DNA of 64,000 bases from Pelomyxa schiedti (GCA_020536535.1 JAHLWZ010000851.1:1-64000); one strand, 5' to 3'. Positions 1-13,524 are shown, counted from the stretch's first letter. Notes: generated by a model not told the origin, from the sequence alone. Translations and numbers: made by a program.

Positions 1-31
1 CCTTGAAAGCGATCCAAAACTTATAAAAGAA

Positions 32-114
32 GACACCATGGCAGAGTGGTCTAATGCGAGTGACTAGAAATCACTTCTCCGTTGGAGGCGCAGGTTCAAA
101 TCCTGCTGGTGTCG
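32..114 (+). tRNA. tRNA-Ser(AGA), intronless, long variable arm
   Basis: Full cloverleaf: acceptor GACACCA/TGGTGTC, D-arm GCA..TGC, anticodon stem AGTGA/TCACT with loop CT-AGA-AA, variable arm CTCC-GTT-GGAG, T-arm GCAGG-TTCAAAT-CCTGC, discriminator G. Confidence 0.97.
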
Positions 115-115
115 A

Positions 116-121
116 TTTTTT
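116..121 (+). terminator. RNA polymerase III oligo-T terminator
   Basis: T6 run immediately after the tRNA 3' end. Confidence 0.8.
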
Positions 122-167
122 ATTGCCTTCGTTTCTTTTTTGGTGGTGTGGTTTAGGTGGTGGGGTG

Positions 168-2744
168 ATGGCCTGTGGATTTTCGTTAGGAGAGTGGTTG
201 TGTGCTCTTGGCGTTGGTCATCACGACGATGTGTTTAGAAAGGCCGAGCTGACTTCGGTCGACGCACTGTTGCTTGTGGACGAGGACGATATCTCTTCTT
301 TGGGTATTTGATACGTAGTCCCTGTACCCTTAAGCCCTCCCACAATGTTGTATTTTGTGGTGCCACTGTGCTTGCACTCGGTTGACTTGTATATTCATTA
401 TAGGTTTTATTTCCAGCTTGTTGTAACGTTGACTTGTTGTAAAGGGTTACCACTTGGTGCCAGAAAAATTGTATGGGCAGGGATCTCGAAGCTCCGGTTG
501 TCTCAGTCTCACCCCAGTCTTGGTTCTAGTACTAGTGGCGGTGCTACAACGAATTTCGACTTGCACGCTTCTGCCGCAGTGCCCCGTGTTGGAACACTCG
601 ATCCAACCGAACTTGTTCTGAAACACATTGTGGGAAAGGGATCCTTTGGTGCCGGTGTGTATCTAGCAACTCTCTCTCTCTTTTTTTTTTTTTTTCTAAA
701 TATGGGGGATTTCGAAATTTTTTTTCATATTGTCAATAGTGTTTGCTGCCACTTGGAGAGGAGCACATGTTGCTGTAAAGGTGGTTTCCCTGATTTTTGC
801 GGGCTCGTACTGGTCTTATTTCACTAGATAAGTAATAGCCGGGAAGGCAGGGATGAATTTTTAAGGGAGGCAGGTTTACTACAAGACATGAGGCACCCAA
901 ATATTGTCACCTTTTATGGTACATACAATGATCTGGATGGAAAGTAAATTGCATCATTACATGATCACCTTTAACTTGCGTTCAGTTTGTGCATTGTCAC
1001 CGAATTTGCCCCAAAGGGGTCTTTGAACAATTTTCTCATACAAACTCCTAAGAATACTTTCACCACTGAACAACTATGTTCCATGGCTAAGGTATATTAT
1101 TGGCTTGGTCCTCTTACCCAACGACATAACAGGATGCTGCTCAAGGCATGTCTCACCTTCATTCTAGAAACATTATCCACAGGTTATAATCCTCTCATTT
1201 CTACACTCTTATCTTCACAGGGACCTAGCAGCACGAAATTTACTAGTATTTCCTGTTGGAGAAGATTTCCAAATAAAAGTTGGTCCTTTCTTAGCGTTCC
1301 TCATATAACGGGGGGACAGGTATCAGATTTTGGACTGTCACGTTTGATTGAGGATAGAGAAGTTTATATGTCTACAGGTTCCTTTCCTATAAAATGGACA
1401 GCACCGGAGGGGATAGAATTTCACAAATTCACTTCTGCATCTGATTCTTGGAGCTTTGCTGTTGGTAGGATTCGTTCTACTTTATGTCTTACAAGTGGAT
1501 AGTTTTGTGGGAAATCTTTACAAATGGGGCTGTTCCATACCCAAGTGTTGAGAACAGGGAAGTACTCTCTCTAATAAAGAAGGGGGATAGAATGCCCAAG
1601 CCAGAGGTTTGTGGGTGAATAACTCCGCAAACCTGTTACCATTGAATAGGGGTGTCCTGACGCTGTGTACACCCTTATGAAGACTTGCTGGGATATTGAA
1701 CCCTCCAAAAGACCAACATTCGAAAATATTGTCTCCACTTTGGAAGCAATTATCCAACATGGGCCCGATGCTTCCTCATCACATGTCATACCTTCATCCA
1801 ACTCCTCTGAATCAGTTTACTCCAGCAATGACACTTATCAAACTCCGGCTCCAAACTCCGATTTACTGTCCAAGACTTCCACAGCGACAACGGCAACAGC
1901 AACAGCAACGGCAACGGCCTCCTCTTCCACCAAAGTTGGCGGTACTAGCGCCTGTAGCATTGCTGTCTGCAATGCAACACCAAACGTGCATGATGTAAAT
2001 AATCACCATATTCTGGTATTCAACTAACGGCCTACAGATATCTTCCTTAGTTGCTCGCGCTTTTTTCAATGACCCTTCGTCAGTGTACAAATTTCCAGAA
2101 CCTAGTTCCAGGTTGAACAAAATGATATGGCTCAACACAAATGTTGCCGCAGTAGCACTGAATAATTGGGTAAACAAATTCCTCACCCCGTTTTGTTTTA
2201 CCTCTATTAGGTGGTATTCTCCCAATACGATGATGAAACCAGTAAACTTATTGGTGTTTCTGTGTGGCGACCACCCAACATGGTCCTTCCACAGGTAATT
2301 TACATTAGAGAAAGAGGTGTTTTTTGACCCAAAACACAGAGTTCACTTTGGTCCGCACCGTTCAGTGTTGGGCCACAATCCATGAAAAGAATGAAAGTAT
2401 GGCGGACATACACAGCCAAACAAAGGGAACAAGTAACAGGAAAACTACCCACAACTACACCTTGCTGGTCGTTGTACTGGGTTTGTGTGGACCCAGGGCA
2501 CCAGAGGCATGGATTGGGATCCTGGCTGGTTCAGGCTGGAGTGACATATATCAAGCAGCACCTGAAGAAGGGCACATGTGCAGTTGTGTATGGTAGTACA
2601 TCAACCAGTGACGCGGTGACTTTCCTGTGCAAGAAGGGATTCAGAGTTGTAAATACCAGTAGTGGCAGCAGCGGAAGTTCCAGTGACGCTAAAGGTTTAC
2701 CTGTATTGTATTCTCTATTGCTTGATGTCGTAGCACTACCATAG
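168..2744 (+). CDS. SAM domain - tyrosine-kinase-like protein kinase - GNAT acetyltransferase fusion (multi-exon)
   Basis: SAM: [30 protein letters not shown]|LPLGARKIV. Kinase: [55 protein letters not shown] 43-nt phase-0 intron (1995-2037) joins it to [13 protein letters not shown]...[16 protein letters not shown]...FLCKKGF (GNAT). Confidence 0.8.
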
Positions 2745-2754
2745 AAAAAAAAAA

Positions 2755-2861
2755 GGCAAAATCAGGGGTCAAATGAAATTTATTACAGTGTAAAACAAAC
2801 TCTAAATGTCAAGTGTGGTGGGTGCCAGTAGTGCCCCAGCTACTCTTTGTACCAGCAAGAC

Positions 2862-2894
<33 letters not shown>

Positions 2895-2989
2895 NNNNNN
2901 NNNNGTAGCTGGGGCACTACTGGCACCCACCACACTTGACATTTAGAGTTTGTTTTACACTGTAATAAATTTCATTTGACCCCTGATTT

Positions 2990-2993
<4 letters not shown>
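2755..2993. repeat. Perfect 89-bp inverted duplication (2755-2843 / 2905-2993) flanking a 10-N scaffold gap; probable assembly artefact
   Basis: The arms are exact reverse complements. Ns lie at 2895-2904, and long T homopolymers are adjacent. Confidence 0.85.
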
Positions 2994-3021
<28 letters not shown>

Positions 3022-3025
3022 GAAT

Positions 3026-3992
3026 TTAGGAAGTAGCAAGGTGAATGTGGGATAAAACCTTTGGTAAGCTGGTGTCCTCAGCATTTGGCAGATGGATAAA
3101 TGCCGCAGGTAACATGCCTCGCTTCCGGTTGCTTGATTTTATCACTTTGTACCTTATTGCAAATAGAGTGCGATACAATGTTTCATTGCAGTAGTATCTT
3201 GTGAGTGTCAAAATTACCAGAGGTTGGTTTTGAGACGTACGTTCCCGCGTCTCTGCTCCAAGCCTCTGTAGCGTTGTGCAGTCCAGAAAGTATATTTGTC
3301 ATTGAAATGTATGACAAATCTGAGGAGAAAACGTAAGGTCATAGTTTCACAAAGCAGCCAAACCGGCAGTGATTGGAATGACGTCAGGGCCTCCTTCGTG
3401 AATGGGGACCTGAGTATTATTCACTTGCTCTGCCAGAATCTAGGTGAAGGTTTGTTTGTGGAGAAATGTAAGACAAAAGAAAACATTAGCGCCAATGGTT
3501 TCTAACTTCAGACCATGTGCTACGTTCTCCAAGCCGAGATGGATTATGGCTTGCCAGGGAATTACGTCATTTTCCATGAGGTAATTCTGTACTCTTGTAC
3601 TGCCAGTTTCGTTAACAGGGAGAATGTAATCAGTGATTAAGGGTAAAACAGAAGAAAACAGCGACGGCAAAAAGGATATCCAGCTCTCCCAGCATATTAT
3701 CATTGTTGGAAATCCCTCGTAGGTCGTCTGGGCACAAACCCCATCAAGAGCCTCTGCCACCTAAAAATCACACAAAAAAAGTAAACGTTTACGCCCTCCG
3801 TAATCCTTCACACCTGTTGGGACGGATTTGTAGTGTAGTTACCTTTGAAAAAGATGAGACGGCATCCCTCCCCCTGAACAAAAACTAGATACCAAATGGC
3901 AAGAAACCAGTGACAAGCACTTTGTACGTAGTGGCTGCCGATAGTGACAGCGACACCAGCGCACCAACGACAACCCACCACAACAGTTTCAT
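3026..3992 (-). CDS. Pyroglutamyl peptidase I (peptidase C15) with N-terminal signal peptide
   Basis: MKLLWWVVVGALVSLSLSA-ATTYKVLVTGFLPF, NPSQQV|AEAL, IIHLGLE...LETIGAN, YYCNETLY, AAFIHLP. The Glu-Cys-His catalytic motifs are all present. Confidence 0.85.
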
Positions 3993-4364
3993 GACGATGC
4001 GAGAAACAACAAGAGAGAAGATCTAATGGCAGACCGCCCACTCCAGCGGGAGATTTTATGTAAAGTGAAGCTATTAGAAATGAGGGCCCATTGGGGTGTC
4101 AATGCGAAATGACACGCAGGGGAATAGTGTCACTCTCAATAAGGGGTTTCCAATCTCTCACAACGGCAGGAAAAGATGTCTTTCCTGGAAAGCAGTCATT
4201 TGAGAAGATTTATTTTCTCAAACAAAAAACCAAAAAACTTGAACAAGACCGAACACCGGACTTCATCTACGTCGTAACGTCGCTGGTTTTTTCCGCATCG
4301 CTATTAACTGGGTTGCTTGTCGCACTTCCGGGCCTCGAGATCTTGCCCTCGAATCTCGCCCTGA

Positions 4365-6378
4365 ATGGCTTCTTCTTCGTCTTCTGCGTCGACATCTGAA
4401 TCTCCTCGCTTTTACTACTATTCTTCATCGCTGTTGTCGTCATCTTCTTCTTCGGTGGGGATAACTCCCGGTGACACTGCCATCGTGCTTTTGTCAGCGG
4501 CTCTTGTTTGTCTTATGACCCCTGGGCTGGCGTTTTTCTACGGCGGCCTGGTGCGGAGAAAAAATGTGCTTAACATCATGTTACAGAATTTCATTTCCAT
4601 GGGCCTTGTTACAAGTACACTCGTCCTCCCACTACAATTTCCAATTTTCCTTATTCTTTTGTTGGCGATAGCGATATGGTATCTTGGAGGATTCTCCCTA
4701 GCCTTTGGTGAAGACCAAGGTGGAGTTATTGGGTCACTTGAATACTTTGGTCTGAGAAAAGTTGGGATGAAACCTAGCCCTGTCTATGCTCCAACTATTC
4801 CATTCCTCGCTTTCTTTGTCTTCCAGGTTTCAACCAGCCTTCCATACTACAGTATCCAAAATTTATCGTGAGGAGTTAGGAAATGTTTGCTATTATCACG
4901 CCGGCACTTATCACTGGTGCTATTGCTGAGCGTGTCAATTTTTCCGCTTGGACTATCTTCTTGGCTCTGTGGTCTCTACTGGTTTATATCCCAGGTACTA
5001 CTGTCCATCGCTCTTCAAGCTTGTAACTATTGACAGTGTGCCATTGGGTTTGGGGTCATGGTGGCTTTCTCTATGACCTTGGCGTAAAAGATTTTGCAGG
5101 CGGACTTGTAGTGCATTGTACAGCTGGTATGAGTGCTGTGGCCGGGGTATTGGTAATTGGACGGAGGAGACTTGTAGACGAGAGTGGCCCTCACAATGTG
5201 GCTTATGTAGCACTGGGCACCGGTCTATTGTGGTTTGGATGGTTTGGTTTCAATGGCGGCTCGGCCCGAGCAGCAAACGCTGATGCTGCAATGGTATTCT
5301 TTTATTTGTACTGTTTCATTTATTTATCCCACACAGGCCTACGTTACAACTGATGTCTCGGGTTCAGCTGCGATGATGGTTTGGGTTGTTCTGGACCTCA
5401 TCAAAAACAAGAAGCCAAGTATGGTTGGCATGCTGACAGGTGGCGTTGCAGGCCTCGCAACTGTTACCCCATGTGCTGGCTGTATGTGCCCTATCAATAT
5501 GAAGCTATTTACACTCTTACTTGTAGATATTAGACCCTGGGCAGCATTTTTAATCGGGCTATTCGCCTCCACTATGTCTTATGGGGCAGTTCTCATAAAG
5601 AAGAGAGTAGGATGGGATGATGCACTTGGTAGGTGATCTTCCTTACTCCTTGTCACTCAATGTTCTAGATGTGTGGGCATGCCACGGAGTTGCTGGTACT
5701 CTTGGGGCCATACTACTGGGAGTATTTGCACAAGAGAGCGTTGCCGGTGTTTCTGGTCTTATTGAAGGCAATTTTCGCCAGTTTGGCATTCAAGTTGCCG
5801 CTGCAGCGATTGTAGGAACCTGGTCGATCCTGGTAACCGTAGTACTACTTCTGGCGATCAACCTTGGAATCAGGATTCGAGTGCCTGAGGATGTTGAATT
5901 GGTTGGGTTGGATATGATTACCACTGCAGACCATGGCGCGTATGACTATGACCGTGAGGCTGGGTCATTAGCCGAAATGGGTAGTGGCGAAGATATTATA
6001 AAGGATCCCAGTGGAGAGGAATTTGACAATACTCACACTCCACTGGGAACAGGTGATGTACAACTAGAAGACATCGTTGTGGAACCTCCGCAACCCTCTC
6101 ACATTGAGGAAGCGGCAACGCCACACGACGAGAACCTCTACACAACACCAACAGCCACCACCACAACCACAACAACCACCACAGACACAAGCATGTCCGG
6201 CAGTACCGGAACTACTTGTACTTGTACAAGCACCAGCACCAAAAGGAAAATACGGAGCAGAAAACCCAAACAGCATCAACACAACCCACACAACGACGAA
6301 AAGCCACCCGAGGAAGGCCACCAACCCCACAGGCCGAAAAAAAAGCGAAGAAAACCCTCTTCCGGCCATGAGCTGTGA
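4365..6378 (+). CDS. amt: Ammonium transporter (Amt/Mep family)
   Basis: [63 protein letters not shown]; twin His retained. Low-complexity acidic/basic C-tail. Confidence 0.96.
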
Positions 6379-6563
6379 GCCGCCTACCCTTTTATAATAA
6401 ACTTGAACATAACGAAAACCACAAACTGTGATGACAGTTGATTCGGGAATCACCATTCGGTTAATCTGCACCTACCAGGTACAGAATCTAGTTTGATGTC
6501 CCGGACAATACGTCAGGTGCGAGTTTTACAATAAAATAACAATAAAAAAAAAAGCAAAGTACC

Positions 6564-7869
6564 ATGGACGTGGATAACGTACAGAGGGTGGTAGTAGATC
6601 GGAGCAACGCAAGTGGCGGGGGGCCTTTGGATCTACCCCACGCAAGCAGCGGCAGCCGCCATGTGCATCACCACCACCATCGGCACCGCCACGCACACGG
6701 CCAAGATCAGGGCGAGTCGCCGCCGCCGCCGCCGTGCGCGCTTTCTGGCTTGATGGCGCTGTCTATGGCGGCGCAGATGGGGAAGCAGCCGAGTCACGCT
6801 GCTTTCGTGCCGCCCAAGATGGGCTCGTTTGGTTTGCCGACGGCGCTGGAACAGGTGGGGGAGGAGGATGATGGTGATGATGACGATGACATGTCGCCAG
6901 GGTTGCCTGGATTTGCAGAGTTGGTCAAAAACATAGGTTTGGAAATCTTCCATGCGGATTAACACCCACACTAATTACGAAAGGGCCCTCCTCCTCGGAG
7001 ACTCCGGTCGCGGAGAGTCCTTTGAGGGAAGAAATGCATATCAAGCAAGCTCAATTACAGCAACGGCAACTCCTCGCCTTACTGCAACAACAACAGCAAC
7101 AGATACAGCAGCAGCACTTGGTTCAACTCCAGCTCCAGCAACAGCTGGCCATGCAACACCAAGAACAAATGAGAATCCAAATGCAAATCCATCAACGCCA
7201 AATGCAAGTTGAACAAGAAGAAAAACAACGCCTCGAGCGTCTTCGACAGCAACGGATCCAGCAAGAGCTCGAACAACAGCAACAGCTCCTGCAGCAACAA
7301 GAGCAAGCCTCCCCAATAATGTATACAGCTAAAGCAAAGCGAAGGCCACCTAATATGGACAAAAGCAAACTCTACTGCCACCAGTGTGGGAAAAGAGAGA
7401 CTCCAGAGTGGAGGAAGGGTCCTGACGGTCCTGCTACGTAAGTGCATCCTTGCCTCCCCAACCCAACAACCGCTTTAGGTTGTGCAATGCATGTGGCCTC
7501 CAATGGAATACCACAGTGAAAATGATGGCATGCAGGAGTGTCAACCCAGCAACCACAGGTCCTCCCATTCGTGGAGCACCATGGATGCAACACAACCAAA
7601 CACCACAAAGCCCCGCCACCCCCGCAACCCCAACAATGTCCAGTCCCCTCCCACACCGCACGGGCCCAGCTCAAGTCACAGCATCCACTCCCAACAGCTA
7701 CAGCCTTCCAGAACAGCAACACACCAAACCAAGCACTAGTACCACAGCCAGTACAACAACACCCACCCACGCATCGCACTCGCTCAACTTGGGAAAAATC
7801 CTCACCGGGCACGGTATCCTGGAAGCATACCCTGACTCTCTCATCAGTTTTCTTCACCACCGTTCATAG
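6564..7869 (+). CDS. GATA zinc-finger transcription factor with polyQ region
   Basis: CHQCGKRETPEWRKGPDGPAT|LCNACGLQW, split by an intron; upstream Q-rich tract. Confidence 0.92.
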
Positions 7870-7994
7870 AACCTCCTACCTCATCACCGCATGAGGTTCT
7901 TGCCTCTTGTAAAAATACAACCGAATTCTTCTCACCAGCAATTCGTCTGTTCCCAAACTTAAACAAACAGCAAACAAACACACCAAAAGGGACG

Positions 7995-10461
7995 ATGGTG
8001 TTGCGGGTGTTTGTTTTTGTGATAGTGTTGGCCTTAGTCACCACGTGGGCCAATGGCAGGTCTTTCACAATCGACGGCGATTGGTTTGTGAAAGACGGCG
8101 AACAATTTCGAATTGTCTCTGGTGCTGTATGTGAACTTTTATATTTTAAATAATTCCGATGTTATGTTGTTCTGCAAGAGCTTAGTATCTTCTGTTAGTT
8201 CCATTATTTCAGAACACCACCAGAGTATTGGGCGGATAGATTGCATAAGATGAGACTGGGAGGCCTCAATACTGTGGAAACTTATGTGCCTTGGAACTTG
8301 CATGAACTCACACCTGAGACTTATGACTTTGAGGGACTGTTGAACATTGAGGCATTCTTGCAAGCTATCAATGATGAAGGATTGTTGGCAATTGTTAGAC
8401 CATCTCCGTATATTTGCGCCGGTATGTTTTGGGGAGCCTTATAACCTCTGTTGCATTGTTGACTGTGTCAATTTTATTTTATACAGAGTGGGAATTTGGC
8501 GGTCTCCCAAGCTGGCTTCTTTCAAGTGGAAAGCCCATCAGCCTCCGAAACAACAACGACGACTTTGTACCATTTATTGACCGATACTACTCTGTTCTTT
8601 TGCCAAAATTGAAACCGTTCATGTATTCCAGTGGCGGCCCCATCGTAGCAATGCAGGTTGAGGAAAAGTAGATCCTTTTGGAACACCAACATTGAATGCA
8701 GATTGAAAACGAGTACGGCAGCTACGGTAATGACCACGACTATCTAGAACACATGATAGCCACCTATCAGTCCAACGGATTGGACTGCATTTACTTCGCT
8801 TCAAATGGGTTGGTTTGAGAGTTCTTTGTTCACTGTTCACATTTGCGTACAGACCCACCGATCAAGCCCTTCAGGCTGGTGCAGTGGATTCTGTACTCCG
8901 AACCATAAACTTTGGCACTGGCTCGGATCCTGCTCCATTTTTCGAAACTCTTCGCATTTATCAGCCTACTGGACCCTTATTTGTTACAGAGTGGTGGGAT
9001 GGTTGGTTTGATCACTGGGGAGAGGATCATCACACCGTAACTCCTGAGTCGGCGTCAGTAATTCTTGACGAGATTCTGGCTTACCAAAACGCTTCTGTGT
9101 CTATGTAGTATTACACATTTAACTATTGATTGGTAACACTCCTGCAGGTACATGTACACCGGAGGCACGAATTTTAATTTCTGGTGAACACCAGTTTTTT
9201 CACGGCCTTCTAATAACATTCAAAATTCCCTTTTTCAGGAACGGGGCCAATTTCGACAGCTACTATCAACCAACAATTACAAGCTACGACTACGACGCAC
9301 CCATTTCTGAGAATGGTGATGTCTCAGAGAAGTTTTCTGTATTGAGAGATACAATTGGCAAGGTTCTGATTTAGTTGGACGAAACCACAGTTAACCAACA
9401 ACTCCTAGTATATCAGTGTTCCCACAGAAATTCCAGCAGCACTCCCAAAAAAGGCGTATGTACCGATTTGTTTACAATAACAACTACCTCACCTCAATTA
9501 AGTTATGGAAATGTAACAATGCAACCTATTGCCCGTATATTGGACCCGCTTGTTCTAGCTAAGCTGTCTCCAGAAGTTGTTACTTCTCCTCGAACAATGA
9601 CAATGGAGGAGCTCGGCCAAAAGTATTTCCTCTTGTGTCCTTATCGATAATAAGTCCCTTTTAGCTTTGGGTTTGTTTTGTATGAAACCTCTGTTCAAGG
9701 GCCTCTTACCAATGCCGTTGTGAACATCCAAGATTGTCACGACCGCGCTTTGATCTTTCTTGATGGAAAGTATCAGGGGGTGGTTGATCGAGGAACTAAC
9801 GTAGCACCGTCTGTTCGGGTAAGCACGGACACATTGTCCACACTTCAAATCTTGGTGGAAAACGAGGGTCGAATTAATTTTGGTACCTTTCTTGTTCGAT
9901 GATTCCTTCAGCACTTAATATTTTGCAGGACCATATCTGGAAGACTTCAAAGTGTGTCATTCTATTTAGCATCCTGAAGTAACTTAGGGGGAAAAAGGGA
10001 ATAACACAAGGTGTAAGGCTTCCTGATATGTTCCTTTTCGATTGGACTATGTACCCACTGCCGCTGGATAACATTGACGTCTTACCAACATCGTCGTTCA
10101 CTACAACTTCCAACGATCCCGCTTTCTGCCGAGGATACTTCAGTATTCTGAACCCGAAAAACAACCTGTTCTAACATTCAACAGATATTCCCGACACACC
10201 AGTGGATACATTTGTTTCCTTGGAGGGCTGGGGCAAAGGAGTATGTTATGTCAATGGCGTCAACATTGGGCGCTACTGGCCAACAAAAGGACCTCAACAG
10301 GTTCAGTGCTCTATGGAGTATCTGCTATTTCTATTAACTGTTCACAGACACTTTTCCTCCCTGCTCCCTACCTCAAACAAGGCCAGAACGAAATTGTCCT
10401 GTTTGAGCTATCCAAATTTTCTACTTCTATTACTCTGGTGGATACACAAAACCTTGGCTAA
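7995..10461 (+). CDS. Beta-galactosidase, glycoside hydrolase family 35, secreted/lysosomal
   Basis: Signal peptide; [27 protein letters not shown]|[52 protein letters not shown]. Confidence 0.96.
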
Positions 10462-10553
10462 GAAAAGAACAATCATTTAGAAAAATAAAACAACGAAAAT
10501 TTGTTGCTTTTTATGAACACATAAAAAAAACCCTAGTGGGTTCACAAACTCCT

Positions 10554-11319
10554 TCAGAGCAAGGTAATTAGTACAGCAACAATCAACAGCAAAACAGCCA
10601 GAGGGATGGATGTGGCAGTGCAAGGAGTAACCCAGTAGTAGTAGGGTTGCTCTGGGGTCTCAAAATAGCTCTCCTGGCACCAACCAAATCCCTGCCATGT
10701 GGTACATGTGCCCTCGTCACAGGTGTTTGTGTTGCAGATATCGTATGTCATCCAGTCATCGTGGTCATACTCGTCCTTACACTTGACTTCAGTGAAGTAC
10801 TCATAATCCCATTGGAATGAGGCCGGCCGGCATTTGGAAAGGCTACTCTCAACTGGGAACCAGAGGTTACCAGCCGCGTGTAAGCAAAGAGGATCGCTGT
10901 AGACTTGATAATGCCAAGAACTAGGAAAAGCAATGGTTCATCATTTTATCCGGGAAGCACATACACGCCGCGGTGTCATTCAAGCCAGTACAGAACAGTA
11001 CATACACACTAACGAACAGTACGAGTCGGAGACGAAAGAGTTACCTGGACATGAGGCTGGCGCCGGCATAGTAGAGGCACTCGTAAAGGTACACGTTGGA
11101 GTCGTCACAATCCACATTCAAGCACGTTGAGTTCCACCAAGTGGGCCACTGGTTCAGAACGAGTTCCACGACAAAGTCCGAGTCCTGGGGCGAGCTGCAG
11201 CTCGCCGGGATCGTTCGCCACTCTTTCATATCAATGAAACACAGTCCCACTCTCGCCATTCCGACCAAAACAACAGCAACCGCCACAAGAACACCGACCA
11301 ACGTGCACCCCCTCGCCAT
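10554..11319 (-). CDS. Cys-rich secreted protein, probably GPI-anchored or tail-anchored; unknown function
   Basis: Signal MARGCTLVGVLVAVAVVLVG; Cys-rich body; hydrophobic C-terminus TATSIPLAVLLLIVAVLITLL followed by stop. Confidence 0.7.
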
Positions 11320-11423
11320 TCCTGGGTTTTTTTTTTTATGTGTTTGTATTTTTTTGTAGAAACAGGTTTTGATTGGCATCTTGGCATCTTAACTATTTTT
11401 TTTTGTTTGACAACTTACAGTGG

Positions 11424-13524
11424 CTAGTGGTTGGAGGATCTTTGTTCCATTTTTGTTTTGATTTGGAGAAGAAGCTGGTCCCTTATAATTTGTTGGTTGG
11501 TTTCTATGTTGGTTGGGCTGTTTGAGCTGTGTTTGTTTGTGTTGAAAAAGTATTTCAGTTGTGAGTGGGAAAAAATAATACTGGCGAGGGAGGGATAAGA
11601 TGTTAGTTACCTCTGCAGAGTCTGGATATAGTCCGCCATTGTGGAAGCTACTGATTCCTGCAGGCATTCCATCAAGTCACTGCTGGTGGTTCTTAAGGGT
11701 GGTCAGTCCAAGTGTAAGACTTAGAGGTAGTTTGGGTTGGGGGCTATTTCACCTGATTGCCGTGGACATAGACAGATACAGCTCCTCAAGTTTGGCCCTG
11801 GCGTCGGCGTATTGCGCGATGGACTGTTGATGCGACTCCGCTTGGTCCCATGATTCTTTTGTGCCGGCTTGCGCTGCTGCAATCCGCGCCGTGAGTTCCT
11901 CATGCTGGGTATGAGTCTCGGTGTACCGTGGGATGTTCGCGTGAACGGCGTTTCGCGTGGCGTTCAGTTGAGTGCGCAAATTTGCGTTGTCTTCCGTTTT
12001 CTGCTTGTTGTCGCCTTCCACCTTGAATCCATCGTGAGGTAAGGAGAAATAAGTCAGCGAAAAGGGATGAATTTTGTGATGAAGTGGAAACCTGTTGGCA
12101 ATGTCTAGAGAGCTCAGCCATTTCCCCGTCCCAGCTCATCCTTTGGTTCAGGAGTCTATAAAATTTCAGCCGTAAAAAAAAAAAAAAAAACCACAAAAAG
12201 GGAAGAAGCGTGTGCCTCGTAATTTCCTGTGTAAGGGAATTGACTTTCCGATCCAATTCCGGTTCCTCCTGCTGAAGCTGCTTATATTTGATTTCTTGGT
12301 TTCTAAGCACATCTTGGGTGCTAATTAGAATCTGCTCCAAGTTCACTTGCACTTGATCCTGTGTTGGAACTCAGTTGTGAGTCTTTGGTGCAGGGAACAC
12401 ACATTACTTCTATTTCCTTGCTCCAGCTCTTGCATTTCCCTTTGTATTACTCTCAAATCGGCTTGCAATTGGTTCATCACCTCTAAATGATCATTCTCCT
12501 TTGTTACTGATTTAGCAACTTGCATAACTGCTGCAACCGTGGAAGTTTGAGGAACCTCTACAGTTGGCGTTGAAGTGGGGGCATCCTTAGGATTGGACGG
12601 AGATGGAGCTACAATGGCTTTTGGCTTATTATGACTTGGTTCTGGTGACTTGGCTACATCCAAAGGCATAGAGTTGAATGGTTGTGACTCGGATGCCTGC
12701 GGAGCTTTTGTTATAGTTTGGGGTGCAGTGTCGGGTGCCTGTGGTGCTTTTGGTATGGTTTGGGGCGCAAGGAAGGGCCGAGTAACTTCTGGGAGGATGA
12801 TAGCCGGACTAGGAGGTGCAAGGCTTCTTGGGGAAATAGTTTTTGCGGGAGTTGGGATTGGTATAGGGGTGGGGTAATTAATTTGGTTATTGTATACTAA
12901 AGTTTGGGCTTGATGTGAATTGCTAGGTGGGGTTTGAGAAGGTGAAGGAGTATAATAAGTTGGGGGTAGAGTCAAGGGTTTGGTTGTTCTCCAATCAAAG
13001 GGTGGCTGAGGGAGTACATTGTAGGGGGGCTTTATTACGTCCGGAGGGGTTGGCAGATTGAAAATATCTGTGGCACCTGACTTTTGAGGCTGAGGGGGAT
13101 ACTGGGGTGTTACTGGTTGGACCGTGTAATTCTGGGGGAATGCAGGGTACTGAACAGGTTTTGGAGTTTGTGTGTAAAGTGTTGTAGAAGGTGGTAGTCT
13201 TGTGTAAACTTGGCCTTGTGAATAGGGACCTGACACAGTGGGGATAACAGGAGGTGGAGGAAGTGAGTGCATAGGAGCAGAAGGCGGCATTGTGTTTGTT
13301 CTTATAGGTTGATATCCCGGTTGAAAATAAGGGGGGTAGTGCTGGGTGGGTGATGGTGTTGCCTGATTGAGTGCCTGTGGCGGCGGCAGCGGCTGCTGCG
13401 GCTGATGATGTGGAAACTGCATGGTCATGGGTGGCCCGCGATTCGGAGAGTTGATGGTGGTGGTGACCACATTTGGCAGTACAGGCGGCAATGCTCTAAG
13501 GTTAGAATACGGCTGTGGAGCCAT
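11424..13524 (-). CDS. Pro/Gln/Tyr-rich N-terminus plus long coiled coil; unknown function (3' end approximate)
   Basis: 393-aa Pro-rich first exon followed by heptad-rich exons linked by short GT-AG introns. Confidence 0.6.

Noticed and set aside
2745-3021. Perfect inverted repeat resembling a MITE or hairpin element
   Set aside because: The arms abut an N gap and homopolymer runs and are 100% identical. This is typical of scaffolding or amplification chimeras; no target-site duplication was seen.
3993-7869. Amt next to a GATA factor as a nitrogen-regulation cluster (as with AreA/Gln3)
   Set aside because: No GATAA sites were seen in the amt upstream region, and adjacency in a compact genome is likely chance.
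11424-11720. ESCRT-I (Vps23/Vps37)-like C-terminus in the Pro-rich coiled-coil gene
   Set aside because: Only a vague resemblance; no UEV domain or convincing conserved motif.
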